64,000 nt of DNA, taken from positions 137,708 to 201,707 of the forward strand of contig JBAYHC010000001.1 of assembly GCA_041666325.1 (NCBI GenBank). The letters run 5' to 3'. Under the pieces are notes generated by a model. It ran no database searches. It saw only the letters and a list, made by a program, of their open reading frames with translations, and had not been told where the DNA came from. The position numbers were made by a program, and so were the translations under genes. Origin of the DNA: Patescibacteria group bacterium. GTDB lineage: Bacteria; Patescibacteriota; UBA1384; XYA2-FULL-43-10; 1-14-0-10-43-13. Below, one piece after another: positions 55,129 through 64,000 of this stretch (positions are counted from its first letter, which is position 1; each line of letters opens with the position of its first letter).

Positions 55129-56457
55129 GTGATGGAAAAAACATCAACAAAAACAGTTGCAGTAGTTGGCCGACCAAACGTTGGTAAGTCAACCCTCTTT
55201 AACCGCCTTATCGGGAGGCGCGAGGCCATCGAATCACCAGTCCCAGGAACTACCAGGGACCGTCTTTTTGGGCAGGTTTCATGGCGAAATGAAACATTTG
55301 AACTAATTGATGTTGCCGGGATCGAAACAGGCACCAAGGGAGAGATCGCAAAAAATGTTCAAGAGAGTATCGAGGTTGGCATTGAGGCAGCTGATTTGCT
55401 TCTTTTCATCGTTGACTGGTGCGATAAATCCAATGATATCGATCGCCTTATTGCCAGAAAACTTCGTCGCTACAAAAAAGAGATTATTCTGGTTATAAAC
55501 AAAGTCGACAACACTCTTAGGAATCAAGACGTAGAGGAGTTCAAACGCTTGGGTGATTTTCCGATGGCTACCATTTCTGCCATATCAGGCAGAGGCACGG
55601 GGGATCTCCTTGACCTGATTCATGAGAAGCTTAAAGCGGTACCATCTAGCCCGATTGAACCCGACCAAGAAGGTTCCATAAAATTGGTTATTCTTGGCCG
55701 GCCCAATGTTGGTAAGTCAACTCTGCTAAATACTCTGATTGGCCAAAAAAGAGCAATAACCTCCGCTGAGCCAGGAACAACCAGGGATGCCATCTATATA
55801 AGCTTTATGCACAAAAACAAAAAAATTGAGCTTTCCGATACCGCTGGCATCAGACGTTCCGGCAAAATCGTAAAAGACACAATAGAGAGCTTCAGTGTTA
55901 TACGCGCCTGGAAAGCTTTTGATCAGGCCGATATTGCGATCGTTGTCATAGATGGCAACGAAGGAATTACGGCTGGTGACATTAAATTAATCGGCGAAGC
56001 AAAAGAACGCGGCAAAGGCGTTATATTAGCTGTCAACAAAATTGACCTGTGGGGAGATGCTGCCGAAAACAAGATTTCAGAGCAATTAGTTCTACTTCAA
56101 CACAAGCTAAATTTTGCTCCCTGGCTACCAGTTGTTTTTATTTCAGCCAAAGAGCAGCTGAATACGAAACCGCTTTTGAATCAAGTGGTCAAGGTCGAGG
56201 AGAGCCGCCGATCCATTATCCCAGAAGAAGACCTAGACGCCATTCTCAATTTTGCCAAGGAATCGAACAATCAACTCCAAAACATTGTCAAGCTCAAACA
56301 AAAAAGAAGTGCTCCCCCTACGTTTGATCTAGTCTACCAAGGGAAAACACCTCCTCACTACACACAAATGCGCTATTTAGAAAATAAATTTCGCGACCTC
56401 CATCCCCTAAACGGTACACCAATATTTATTGATGTAGTTCATAAAAACAAGGCGTAA
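55129..56457 (+). CDS. der: Ribosome biogenesis GTPase Der/EngA
   Basis: Two GRPNVGKSTL G-domains with GTTRD and NKxD. Confidence 0.96.
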   Translation: MMEKTSTKTVAVVGRPNVGKSTLFNRLIGRREAIESPVPGTTRDRLFGQVSWRNETFELIDVAGIETGTKGEIAKNVQESIEVGIEAADLLLFIVDWCDKSNDIDRLIARKLRRYKKEIILVINKVDNTLRNQDVEEFKRLGDFPMATISAISGRGTGDLLDLIHEKLKAVPSSPIEPDQEGSIKLVILGRPNVGKSTLLNTLIGQKRAITSAEPGTTRDAIYISFMHKNKKIELSDTAGIRRSGKIVKDTIESFSVIRAWKAFDQADIAIVVIDGNEGITAGDIKLIGEAKERGKGVILAVNKIDLWGDAAENKISEQLVLLQHKLNFAPWLPVVFISAKEQLNTKPLLNQVVKVEESRRSIIPEEDLDAILNFAKESNNQLQNIVKLKQKRSAPPTFDLVYQGKTPPHYTQMRYLENKFRDLHPLNGTPIFIDVVHKNKA

Positions 56458-56511
56458 CAAGAAACTCATTGACGAGTTGGGATACCCCGCAAGTAAGAAT
56501 CCAAGAGACAA

Positions 56512-57195
56512 TTACTTTTCCTGAGCACTGGATCTCTCAAGTCGCAAAGAAATTACGCTTAAGCCAGGATACTGAACTCTGCCGTGAACTTGAAGTCGAT
56601 CGAGTGGCTTAATACTAAGCCATGTTCTCCCGACAATATTTGATTTAGGTAGAGCACCCCACTCTCTAGAGTCAGATGAGTGCTGGCGATTGTCACCCAT
56701 GACAAAATATTCATCACTTTGCAGGGTTTTTTCGAGTACGGCCCTATCGGAAACGTAGGTTTGAATACTACTAGGCAAGTACTCCTCACTCAGAGCAACA
56801 CCCTTAGGATTGGCTTGGTTATAGACAGTAATTTTGTTGTTTTCGATTTTAACAGTCTCATTCGGGAGTCCAATAATCCTCTTGATATAGTTCACATTCG
56901 GATTCCCTGGGTAACGAAAAACCACAACATCACCTCGCTTGGGCTGTCCGCTCAAGTAGCTGATCTTCTCAGCAAGAAGATACTCACCATTAACATAGTT
57001 TGGCATCATTGACTCACCGTCAACTATGAATGGCTGAACAGCAAAGTAGCGTAGCGAAAAAGCCAGAACAAATACAACCACTGCCGTTTTTAGTAAATCG
57101 AATACGAAATAGAGGAAATCTCTAGCTGGATCACTCGGAACATCTAAATTATTGAGTTCCTCGGAGTTTGTTTCTTTGTCAAATTCATTTGTCAT
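56512..57195 (-). CDS. lepB: Signal peptidase I
   Basis: GESMMP; YIKRIIGLP; MGDNRQHSSDSR. Confidence 0.95.
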   Translation of the reverse strand: MTNEFDKETNSEELNNLDVPSDPARDFLYFVFDLLKTAVVVFVLAFSLRYFAVQPFIVDGESMMPNYVNGEYLLAEKISYLSGQPKRGDVVVFRYPGNPNVNYIKRIIGLPNETVKIENNKITVYNQANPKGVALSEEYLPSSIQTYVSDRAVLEKTLQSDEYFVMGDNRQHSSDSREWGALPKSNIVGRTWLSIKPLDRLQVHGRVQYPGLSVISLRLERSSAQEK

Positions 57196-57381
57196 GCGAT
57201 TATTTGTTTTAATAATTAAACCTCGGATACGGCACATAATCGTACCACCTGCACCATCATTTTACCAGGCCTTGACAACGCCAGTCAACCAAGGAGTATA
57301 ATAAAATGCGCAATTAAATGAGTTATTTTTTAAATATTTCTATTTATAATTGCGCGCTATTTAATTAAAAGCTAGCAATAA

Positions 57382-58161
57382 ATGCACCCAGTGTTGTTTA
57401 AAATTGGGGAATTCAGCATCTCCACTCACGGAGTTTTGGCAGTGGTGGGAATTGTGTGCACTTCGGCGATTACTTATTTACTGGCCCACCGTCGCCTCAA
57501 CTGCACCTATCTATTCGATAATATCGTCTATGCTGTGCTGGCTGGAATTATCGGCGCAAGGCTAACGTATATCCTCCTATACCCAGAACAATTTTCAAGC
57601 TTGAATGATATGCTATTCATTTGGGAGGGGGGTCTCGTTTCCTACGGAGGTTTTATTCTTGGAGGACTGGCTCTTGCAGTTATCCTTAAATATCAGAGAG
57701 AACCTGTCCTCGAGTGGCTCGATATTCTGGCGATTTCATTCCCGGTTGGCATCATGTTTGGTCGTATCGGAGATATTTTTGCGGGAGAGTATTTTGGGGT
57801 AGCAACTCAAAGCAAATTATCCCTTGGCGGAGTTGTCCCGGTCACACTATATGAAGCAATTTGGGATTTGATGATTTTTTGTGTCTTATTCTTCTGCTTC
57901 CGCTTCTCCACCAAAAATTATCCTCGGGGCACCATGCTAGCACTAACTTGTGGTCTTTATGGGGGCGGAAGGTTTGTTATCGATTTTTGGCGAGACGAAA
58001 GTGACTTTTTTCTTCGTCTATCTCCCGGACAGGTAACAAGCCTAATGATCGCGGTTATTTCAACCGTTTATCTTGCGACGCTGATCGCCCCAATTATGAA
58101 AGGAAAAAATAATGCCAATAACAAAGACATTTTTAGAAAAGCAACGAAGAACATTACTTGA
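57382..58161 (+). CDS. lgt: Prolipoprotein diacylglyceryl transferase
   Basis: MHPVLF; GARL; WEGGLVSYGG; GRIGD...GE; LYE; RF.IDFWR. Confidence 0.9.
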   Translation: MHPVLFKIGEFSISTHGVLAVVGIVCTSAITYLLAHRRLNCTYLFDNIVYAVLAGIIGARLTYILLYPEQFSSLNDMLFIWEGGLVSYGGFILGGLALAVILKYQREPVLEWLDILAISFPVGIMFGRIGDIFAGEYFGVATQSKLSLGGVVPVTLYEAIWDLMIFCVLFFCFRFSTKNYPRGTMLALTCGLYGGGRFVIDFWRDESDFFLRLSPGQVTSLMIAVISTVYLATLIAPIMKGKNNANNKDIFRKATKNIT

Positions 58162-58453
58162 GGAAAAGGGCCGCCTCGAAGAGCGAATTGCCCGTCTTCG
58201 CGAATACCCAGATTACGGCTTCGACGAGGAAGATAACGTTCGTGAGATTAGTGAATTCGAGAGCAATAGATCTTTTGAAACACAAATGCAGTATTTGCTT
58301 AACAAGGTAAACAGGGCGCTTGAAGCAATTAGTGATGGCACATATGGACAGTGCACAAAATGTAGCAGTGCCATCGAAGAGGGCCGGCTGGCTATCATGC
58401 CATACGCCGAGTTATGCGTTTCATGCAATATTGAAAACGAAATAATCAGATAA
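58112..58453 (+). CDS. TraR/DksA C4 zinc-finger protein
   Basis: GTYGQCTKC...IEEGRLAIMPYAELCVSC. Confidence 0.9.
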   Translation: MPITKTFLEKQRRTLLEEKGRLEERIARLREYPDYGFDEEDNVREISEFESNRSFETQMQYLLNKVNRALEAISDGTYGQCTKCSSAIEEGRLAIMPYAELCVSCNIENEIIR

Positions 58454-58530
58454 GCCAACAATAATACCAGACGAATTGAAGAGAAATGGAAGACGGGTCT
58501 TCCATTTCTCGTATTTTAAGCAAATCGGCA

Positions 58531-58902
58531 ATGAAAAAAACATCAATAATACTTATCCTGTGCCAAATCATTGATTTTGCCGCTTACCACCTTGAGGCGG
58601 GTGAGGTCAATAATCGATTTATATTCGGCTTTTACGGCAACAACTGGATTGCAATCCTCACTTCAATGATACTGCTAGCCGCAATTGTCCTTTGGCCGAC
58701 CACAAGACACATGGGCACACCCGTGACTCTGATTTTCGCCGGATCCCTCTCAAACGTTCTAGATCGAGTTATCTACGGCGGGGTAGTTGATTATATGGCG
58801 CTATGGCAGGTTACCCATTTCAACATCGCTGACACGCTAATCATTGCTGGCCTATTTGTTCTGCTCACAAGGATTGCTGAAAACAAAAAACTTCCTGTTT
58901 AG
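58531..58902 (+). CDS. lspA: Lipoprotein signal peptidase (short)
   Basis: GSLSNVLDR...GGVVDY; FNIAD. Confidence 0.85.
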   Translation: MKKTSIILILCQIIDFAAYHLEAGEVNNRFIFGFYGNNWIAILTSMILLAAIVLWPTTRHMGTPVTLIFAGSLSNVLDRVIYGGVVDYMALWQVTHFNIADTLIIAGLFVLLTRIAENKKLPV

Positions 58903-58931
58903 GGAAGTTTTTTGTTAGTAGTAATCTATTC

Positions 58932-59276
58932 CTATTTTGTTGCTTTTTCAACAAGCTCTTTGAATACTGCTGGCTGATTTTCAGCGATATCGGCTAGCAT
59001 TTTTCGATCTAGGGTTATGTTTGCGTCAGCAAACTTTTTCATCAATGTTGAGTAGTTTAATCCCATTGCTCGAGCTGCAGAGTTGATTTGCTGAATCCAC
59101 AGAGCCCTGAATACTCTTTTTTTGACACGTCGATCTCTATAAGCGTGCTGACCAGCCTTATAAACAGCCTGTTTTGCTAACTTAAAAACAGACTTGCGAC
59201 GGCCCTGATAGCCCTTGGCAAGCTTGATTATCTTTTTGTGTTTAGCGTGCCTGGTTGTTCCTCGCTTAACTCGCAT
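58932..59276 (-). CDS. rplT: 50S ribosomal protein L20
   Basis: MRVKRG; [10 protein letters not shown]; LDRKMLA. Confidence 0.98.
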   Translation of the reverse strand: MRVKRGTTRHAKHKKIIKLAKGYQGRRKSVFKLAKQAVYKAGQHAYRDRRVKKRVFRALWIQQINSAARAMGLNYSTLMKKFADANITLDRKMLADIAENQPAVFKELVEKATK

Positions 59277-59459
59277 GCATTCTCCTTCGGGAACTAAAGC
59301 GTCAGTTTGGTTACTGCTCTTGGTTGCTCGCTCCCAGATTATTTTGAGTAAATCTAAATATAATACTCGCCCACTATCGTGATCTTGATAAAAAACCTAA
59401 CACAGAGACCACTCAACCAATCTCGTTCAAGGGGACGACTTCGTTACTTAAAAACAAAG

Positions 59460-59651
59460 CTATAGATACGGGGCCAGCCTATTAACCTTCGCCTTGTCAA
59501 CGGTCTTAATCTCGATAAGAGTTCTGGTTCGATCAGTCTTGTGAGACAGAAGGTGGCTCTTGGCAGCCTTAACTCGAACAAGTTTACCTGACCCGGTTTG
59601 TTTAACTCGCTTGACTGTTGCTTTGTGAGTTTTTAGTTTCATGTTTGCCAC
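59460..59651 (-). CDS. rpmI: 50S ribosomal protein L35
   Basis: KLKTHKA..KRVKQTGSGK; SHLL. Confidence 0.95.
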   Translation of the reverse strand: MANMKLKTHKATVKRVKQTGSGKLVRVKAAKSHLLSHKTDRTRTLIEIKTVDKAKVNRLAPYL

Positions 59652-59659
59652 CCAGTAAA

Positions 59660-60187
59660 TTAATTAACACTAGACTGATTTTTACGCTTGGTTAGAATTC
59701 CGGAAATAAGATTTCCAGCCCTCGACGGCGAACTTTCGTATTCTAATCCAGACTGTTCGCTAAATTTTTTGAAAACCTCGAACGCCTGATCAGCAAAGAC
59801 ATTTTCCCGACCGCGTAATCGCATCGAAACCTTAACCTTGTTGCCACGATCAAAAAATTCCTTTGCCTGCTTAGCCTTATATTCAATGTCGTGATCGCCA
59901 ATTTTAGCTGTTAAGCGGATCTCTTTCAATCCACTTTCTTTTTGCTTGGCTCGGCTCTCTTTCTCTTTTTTGGATTGATCGTATTTGAATCTACCGTAGT
60001 CCATGATTCTGCACACTGGGGGGCGTGAGGTAGAGTTTATCTCCACCAAATCAAGTCCCTGCTCTCGCGCCAAAGCCAAAGCGTCACGGGTGATCATCTC
60101 GCCCAGTATTTGGCCCTCACTGCCAACAACCATTACGGGCGAAAACCGAATTCGCTCGTTCACTCGATAAAACTTTTCCTTAATAAT
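59660..60187 (-). CDS. infC: Translation initiation factor IF-3 (AUU start)
   Basis: AAGGAG SD then in-frame ATT at 60187; DLVEI...PPVCRIMDYG. Confidence 0.95.
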   Translation of the reverse strand: MIKEKFYRVNERIRFSPVMVVGSEGQILGEMITRDALALAREQGLDLVEINSTSRPPVCRIMDYGRFKYDQSKKEKESRAKQKESGLKEIRLTAKIGDHDIEYKAKQAKEFFDRGNKVKVSMRLRGRENVFADQAFEVFKKFSEQSGLEYESSPSRAGNLISGILTKRKNQSSVN

Positions 60188-60302
60188 GGAAGCTCCTTTT
60201 AATCATTCTCGGTTACTACTTAGTAAAATAACATAAAGATCGTTTTTGGTCAACAGTAAAAAATGTCTATTGAGCTTGCAATAATCACCATTTAATCGAA
60301 AA

Positions 60303-60791
60303 CCCCCAAAGCAGACAATAAGCCGAGTTCTGTACCCGCCGCGAAGCGGCGGGACAAAAAAACTTTATGAACTAAAGAACGAAAGAACAGGTGGGAAATC
60401 AACTTTTTAACTATTAACGCCCTGGTTGTTCTTTGGTTTTTTAGTTTTTCGGTTCTTCGGTCCCGATGCTTCGCATCGGGGGATGGCAATCTATCTACGC
60501 GTGAAGACCTCGCATATCTTCCGAGCAGGAATAATGATATGTTCGGCCCACTTCACTTTCACCTAACGAGGCTTGCCACAGACGTACATCGCTGCACGAA
60601 CGCGTGTGCTCTTACCACACGATTTCACCCTTACCGGTCGTGCATAGCACGACTTAGGCGGTTTTTTTTCTGTTGCGCTTTTCTTAAACTTCACAGCCTA
60701 CTTACTCTCGTAAGCGTTATTGCTCTATGGTGCCCGGACTTTCCTCCATCCCGATAACTCGGGACAGTAGCCATCTAATCTACTTCGGGGG
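60303..60791 (-). ncRNA. rnpB: RNase P RNA
   Basis: GAGGAAAGTCCGGGC; AAAGCGCAACAGAAA; GGGTGAAA; ACAGAACTCGGCTTAT; P1 formed by CCCCCGAAGTAGA/TCTGCTTTGGGGG. Confidence 0.93.
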
Positions 60792-60838
60792 CCAGGTTAT
60801 TATAACTCAAGATCATAAAACCGTCAAGATCGCTGTAA

Positions 60839-63700
60839 TTACTTCTGGGCCGCCAAAACCACTTCCTTGCTATTCAATTTTAACTCCTCACGTAAATACT
60901 TGCCTGTGTATGAAACAGGATGAGCTGCAATTTCTTCTGGAGTTCCGACAGCAACAATCTCGCCGCCTTTGTCTCCGCCCTCGGGCCCCAAATCGACAAT
61001 ATAATCAGAAGATTTGATAACATCCAGATTGTGTTCGATAACGATAACCGTGTTTCCCTTCTCAACAAGCGCACTAAGCACAATCAGCAAACGCCTAATA
61101 TCCTCAAAGTGGAGACCGGTTGTTGGTTCATCAAGTATATACAACGTCTTACCGGTGCTCCTGTGAGATAGTTCTGTCGCCAACTTGATTCGCTGGGCTT
61201 CACCGCCAGAAAGTGTTGTCGCTGGCTGCCCAAGCTTGACATAGCCAAGCCCAACATCAACCAAGACTTGTAGTTTCTGTTGAATGGTCGGGATATTTGA
61301 GAAAAATGTGAGTGCCTCCTCAACGGTCATACCCAGAACGTCAGCAATACTCTTGCCTTTGTAGTGAACATCAAGCGCCTCTTTATTATATCGTTTCCCC
61401 TTGCACTCCTCGCATGTCACATAAACATCGGGCAAAAAATGCATCTCAATCTTTAGCACCCCCTCACCCCGGCACTTCTCACATCGCCCACCTTTGACAT
61501 TGAATGAAAACCGACCAGCACGATATCCTCTCATTTTTGCCTCTGGCGTTACTGCAAACAGCTCCCGAATTGTTGTGAATACTCCAGTATAGGTTGCTGG
61601 ATTTGATCTAGGTGACTTACCGATAGGAGATTGATCGATGTCAATTATCTTGTCGAGTTCTTTCGTGCCTCTAATCTCTTTGTGCTTGCCAGGAGTCGAT
61701 CTAGCATGATGAAACTGCTGAGATAAGGCCTTAGCCAAAATATCGTTAACTAATGTTGATTTACCAGAGCCAGAAACCCCTGTTACACACGTAAGCGTAT
61801 TTAAAGGAATTCTTGCAGAAACGTTTTTTAGGTTATTCTCCTCCGCGCCAATAATCTCCAAGTAATTTCCCGACCCAGGCCTCCTGATGGCCGGCAGCTC
61901 GATCTGACGCTTTCCGGATAAGTATTGGCCAGTCAGAGACTCCTTCGACTTCAAAATTTGGTCTGGCGTTCCGTCAAAGACAATTTCGCCACCATGCTCA
62001 CCAGCACCCGGCCCGATATCGATGATCCAATCCGCGTTCATCATCATCTCTTTATCGTGTTCAACAATAATAATCGAATTACCAAGCTCTTTCAGGTTCT
62101 TTATCGTTTTGATCAATCTATCATTATCCCTTTGATGCAGGCCAATTGATGGCTCATCGAGAATATATAAAACGCCCATCAAACCAGATCCAATCTGAGT
62201 TGCAAGCCTAATTCTCTGCGCCTCGCCTCCGGCCAATGTTGCAGCGTTCCTGTTCAGAGAAAGATAAGACAACCCAACATCCATCAAAAATTTGAGTCTT
62301 TCTCTTATCTCCTTAATCAGCCTTTCTCCAATAATGCGTTGCTCTGGCGTGAGAGAGTCCGGCAATTTATCAAAAAACTCAGTACTTTTCTCAACCGTAA
62401 GCTCGGAAACGTCATATATGTTCTTGCCGGCGACCAAAACACCCAGCACTTCCTTCTTAAGTCTTTTGCCCTTGCAAGAAGGACATTGCTGTACAACCAT
62501 ATACTTGTCAATTTCTTTCTTGACATAGTCCGACTGGGTCTCCTTGTACCGACGCTGGAGATTTGGTATGACACCTTCATACTTTGTTTCATAACCGAAC
62601 ACATTATATGTCTCTTCACCTGTACCATAAAGAATGGTCTTGAGGTCATCCTTGGAAAGTTGCGACACGGATTTGTCCATGTCAATTTTGTGCTTCTTGG
62701 CTACCGCCTTAAGAATATTCAAATACCAGCTGAGATTAGCCGAACTTCTGGACCAAGGCCTAATAGCGCCTTCGTTTATTGTTAGACGAGGATTAGGCAG
62801 AACCAAGTGGGGATCAATTTCCTGACGAACGCCAAGACCCTGGCAAACTGGGCACGCACCATGAGGCGAATTAAACGAAAATGATCTCGGCGTAATTTCA
62901 GTGAGAGAAAAACCACACTTGGGACAGGCAAACAACTCCGAGTAAGCAGTCTCTTTTTCTGTTTCGTAGTTATAGACAATGACCTTGCCCTGAGAAGCGG
63001 CCAGAGATTTTTCTACCGAATCGTATAATCGTTTGCGCGCAGATTCGTCCATCTCGTCCGGCTCCAGGATAAGGCGGTCTACCACCACTTCTATGGTATG
63101 TTTTGTCTGCTTATCAATCTCTTTACTCTCAGCTTCATCCAGATCCATGATTATTCCATCCAGACGAACTCTGGCATACCCAAGCTTCAAGATCTTGTTA
63201 AATACATCCTTGTGCTCACCTTTCTTATCCGCTACCAACGGAGCAATGAGCGCCACTCGACGAGTTTTCTTGCTTTCGGCCAAGATGTATTCAACGATCT
63301 GCCCAACTGTCTGCCTGGTAACAGGTACACCACAATCCGGACAGTGAATTATTCCGGCCCGAGCAAAGAGAACCCTTAGATAGTCATAAATCTCGGTAAC
63401 TGTGCCAACAGTGGAACGAGGATTCCTCGAAGCAGACTTCTGATCGATCGATATAGCCGGAGACAGACCCTCGATGTAATCGACATCTGGCTTTTCCATG
63501 AGACCCAGAAATTGCCTAGCATAAGAGGACAGGGACTCAACATACCTTCTTTGCCCTTCGGCATAGAGTGTATCAAAAGCAAGGGACGACTTGCCGGAGC
63601 CCGAGAGACCAGTGATGACGACAAGCTTATCGCGAGGAATTTCAAGAGAAACATTTTTAAGATTATGCTCTCTTGCACCTCTTATTTTAATTGATTCCAT
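60839..63700 (-). CDS. uvrA: Excinuclease ABC subunit A
   Basis: GAREHNLK; two GxSGSGKS motifs; LSGGEAQR; Zn fingers; start set at MESIKI. Confidence 0.98.
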   Translation of the reverse strand: MESIKIRGAREHNLKNVSLEIPRDKLVVITGLSGSGKSSLAFDTLYAEGQRRYVESLSSYARQFLGLMEKPDVDYIEGLSPAISIDQKSASRNPRSTVGTVTEIYDYLRVLFARAGIIHCPDCGVPVTRQTVGQIVEYILAESKKTRRVALIAPLVADKKGEHKDVFNKILKLGYARVRLDGIIMDLDEAESKEIDKQTKHTIEVVVDRLILEPDEMDESARKRLYDSVEKSLAASQGKVIVYNYETEKETAYSELFACPKCGFSLTEITPRSFSFNSPHGACPVCQGLGVRQEIDPHLVLPNPRLTINEGAIRPWSRSSANLSWYLNILKAVAKKHKIDMDKSVSQLSKDDLKTILYGTGEETYNVFGYETKYEGVIPNLQRRYKETQSDYVKKEIDKYMVVQQCPSCKGKRLKKEVLGVLVAGKNIYDVSELTVEKSTEFFDKLPDSLTPEQRIIGERLIKEIRERLKFLMDVGLSYLSLNRNAATLAGGEAQRIRLATQIGSGLMGVLYILDEPSIGLHQRDNDRLIKTIKNLKELGNSIIIVEHDKEMMMNADWIIDIGPGAGEHGGEIVFDGTPDQILKSKESLTGQYLSGKRQIELPAIRRPGSGNYLEIIGAEENNLKNVSARIPLNTLTCVTGVSGSGKSTLVNDILAKALSQQFHHARSTPGKHKEIRGTKELDKIIDIDQSPIGKSPRSNPATYTGVFTTIRELFAVTPEAKMRGYRAGRFSFNVKGGRCEKCRGEGVLKIEMHFLPDVYVTCEECKGKRYNKEALDVHYKGKSIADVLGMTVEEALTFFSNIPTIQQKLQVLVDVGLGYVKLGQPATTLSGGEAQRIKLATELSHRSTGKTLYILDEPTTGLHFEDIRRLLIVLSALVEKGNTVIVIEHNLDVIKSSDYIVDLGPEGGDKGGEIVAVGTPEEIAAHPVSYTGKYLREELKLNSKEVVLAAQK

Positions 63701-63720
63701 ACAATCTTTCCCTTTATATA

Positions 63721-63838
63721 GCAAGATAAAAAGTAATGTGCTGCGATACAAGGCGCAACAAGAAGCGAAGCGCACTTATTGCAAGATATAAACGATGTGC
63801 TAAATACAAGGCGCAACAAGAAGCGAAGCGCACTTATT
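63721..63838. repeat. Tandem duplication (60 bp + 58 bp) upstream of uvrA
   Basis: ATACAAGGCGCAACAAGAAGCGAAGCGCACTTATT occurs twice, each preceded by GCAAGATA...ATGTGCT. Confidence 0.9.
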
Positions 63839-64000
63839 TTAGCTGTATAATTTTACCACCTTTGTCAATCCTAAACAAGACCAAAAATCAGCCCGAACAA
63901 ACAAAAGAACAAGAGTCTGCAATCGCGGTGATAATTTGAAGCTAATCATGAAAGCGGGCAAGGCATGCTTGATGCCTTGTGGTTCCGGCCTTCAAACCAA

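Noticed and set aside
60185-60187. Non-canonical ATT start of infC
   Set aside because: Real, but this is well-known IF3 autoregulation and not novel.
63746-63838. Mini-CRISPR array (35-bp repeat twice)
   Set aside because: The 23-bp 'spacer' resembles the sequence before the first repeat, so this is a tandem duplication; no cas genes are present.

Overview
64-kb chromosomal window from a small-genome bacterium, most consistent with Patescibacteria/CPR. That assignment is an inference from DUF5679-, DUF5663- and DUF4012-like genes and the compact core-gene order. Most genes are minus-strand housekeeping genes: fusA (partial), rpsG, rpsL, rpoC, rpoB, obgE, cdaA-cdaR, infB, gyrA, gyrB, uvrB, trmD-khpA-rpsP, a def-fmt fusion, galE, priA, lepB, infC-rpmI-rplT, rnpB and uvrA. 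der and lgt-dksA-like-lspA lie on the plus strand. About ten orphan units are wedged between these genes; most have their own promoter and terminator, and several have a long structured leader. The best candidate for an undescribed system is a stand-alone retron-like reverse transcriptase (49461-50438, FADD). It is transcribed with a ~260-nt structured RNA closed by a1/a2-like inverted repeats, and no effector gene accompanies it. Also notable are two tandem structured small RNAs between priA and der (one carries an 18-codon ORF behind a perfect SD), an RNase P RNA with a 146-nt inverted-repeat insert, and a set of short repeats containing GCGAAGC. No CRISPR array, tRNA, rRNA or intact transposase was seen. 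All protein calls rest on motif recognition by eye; no database search was run.
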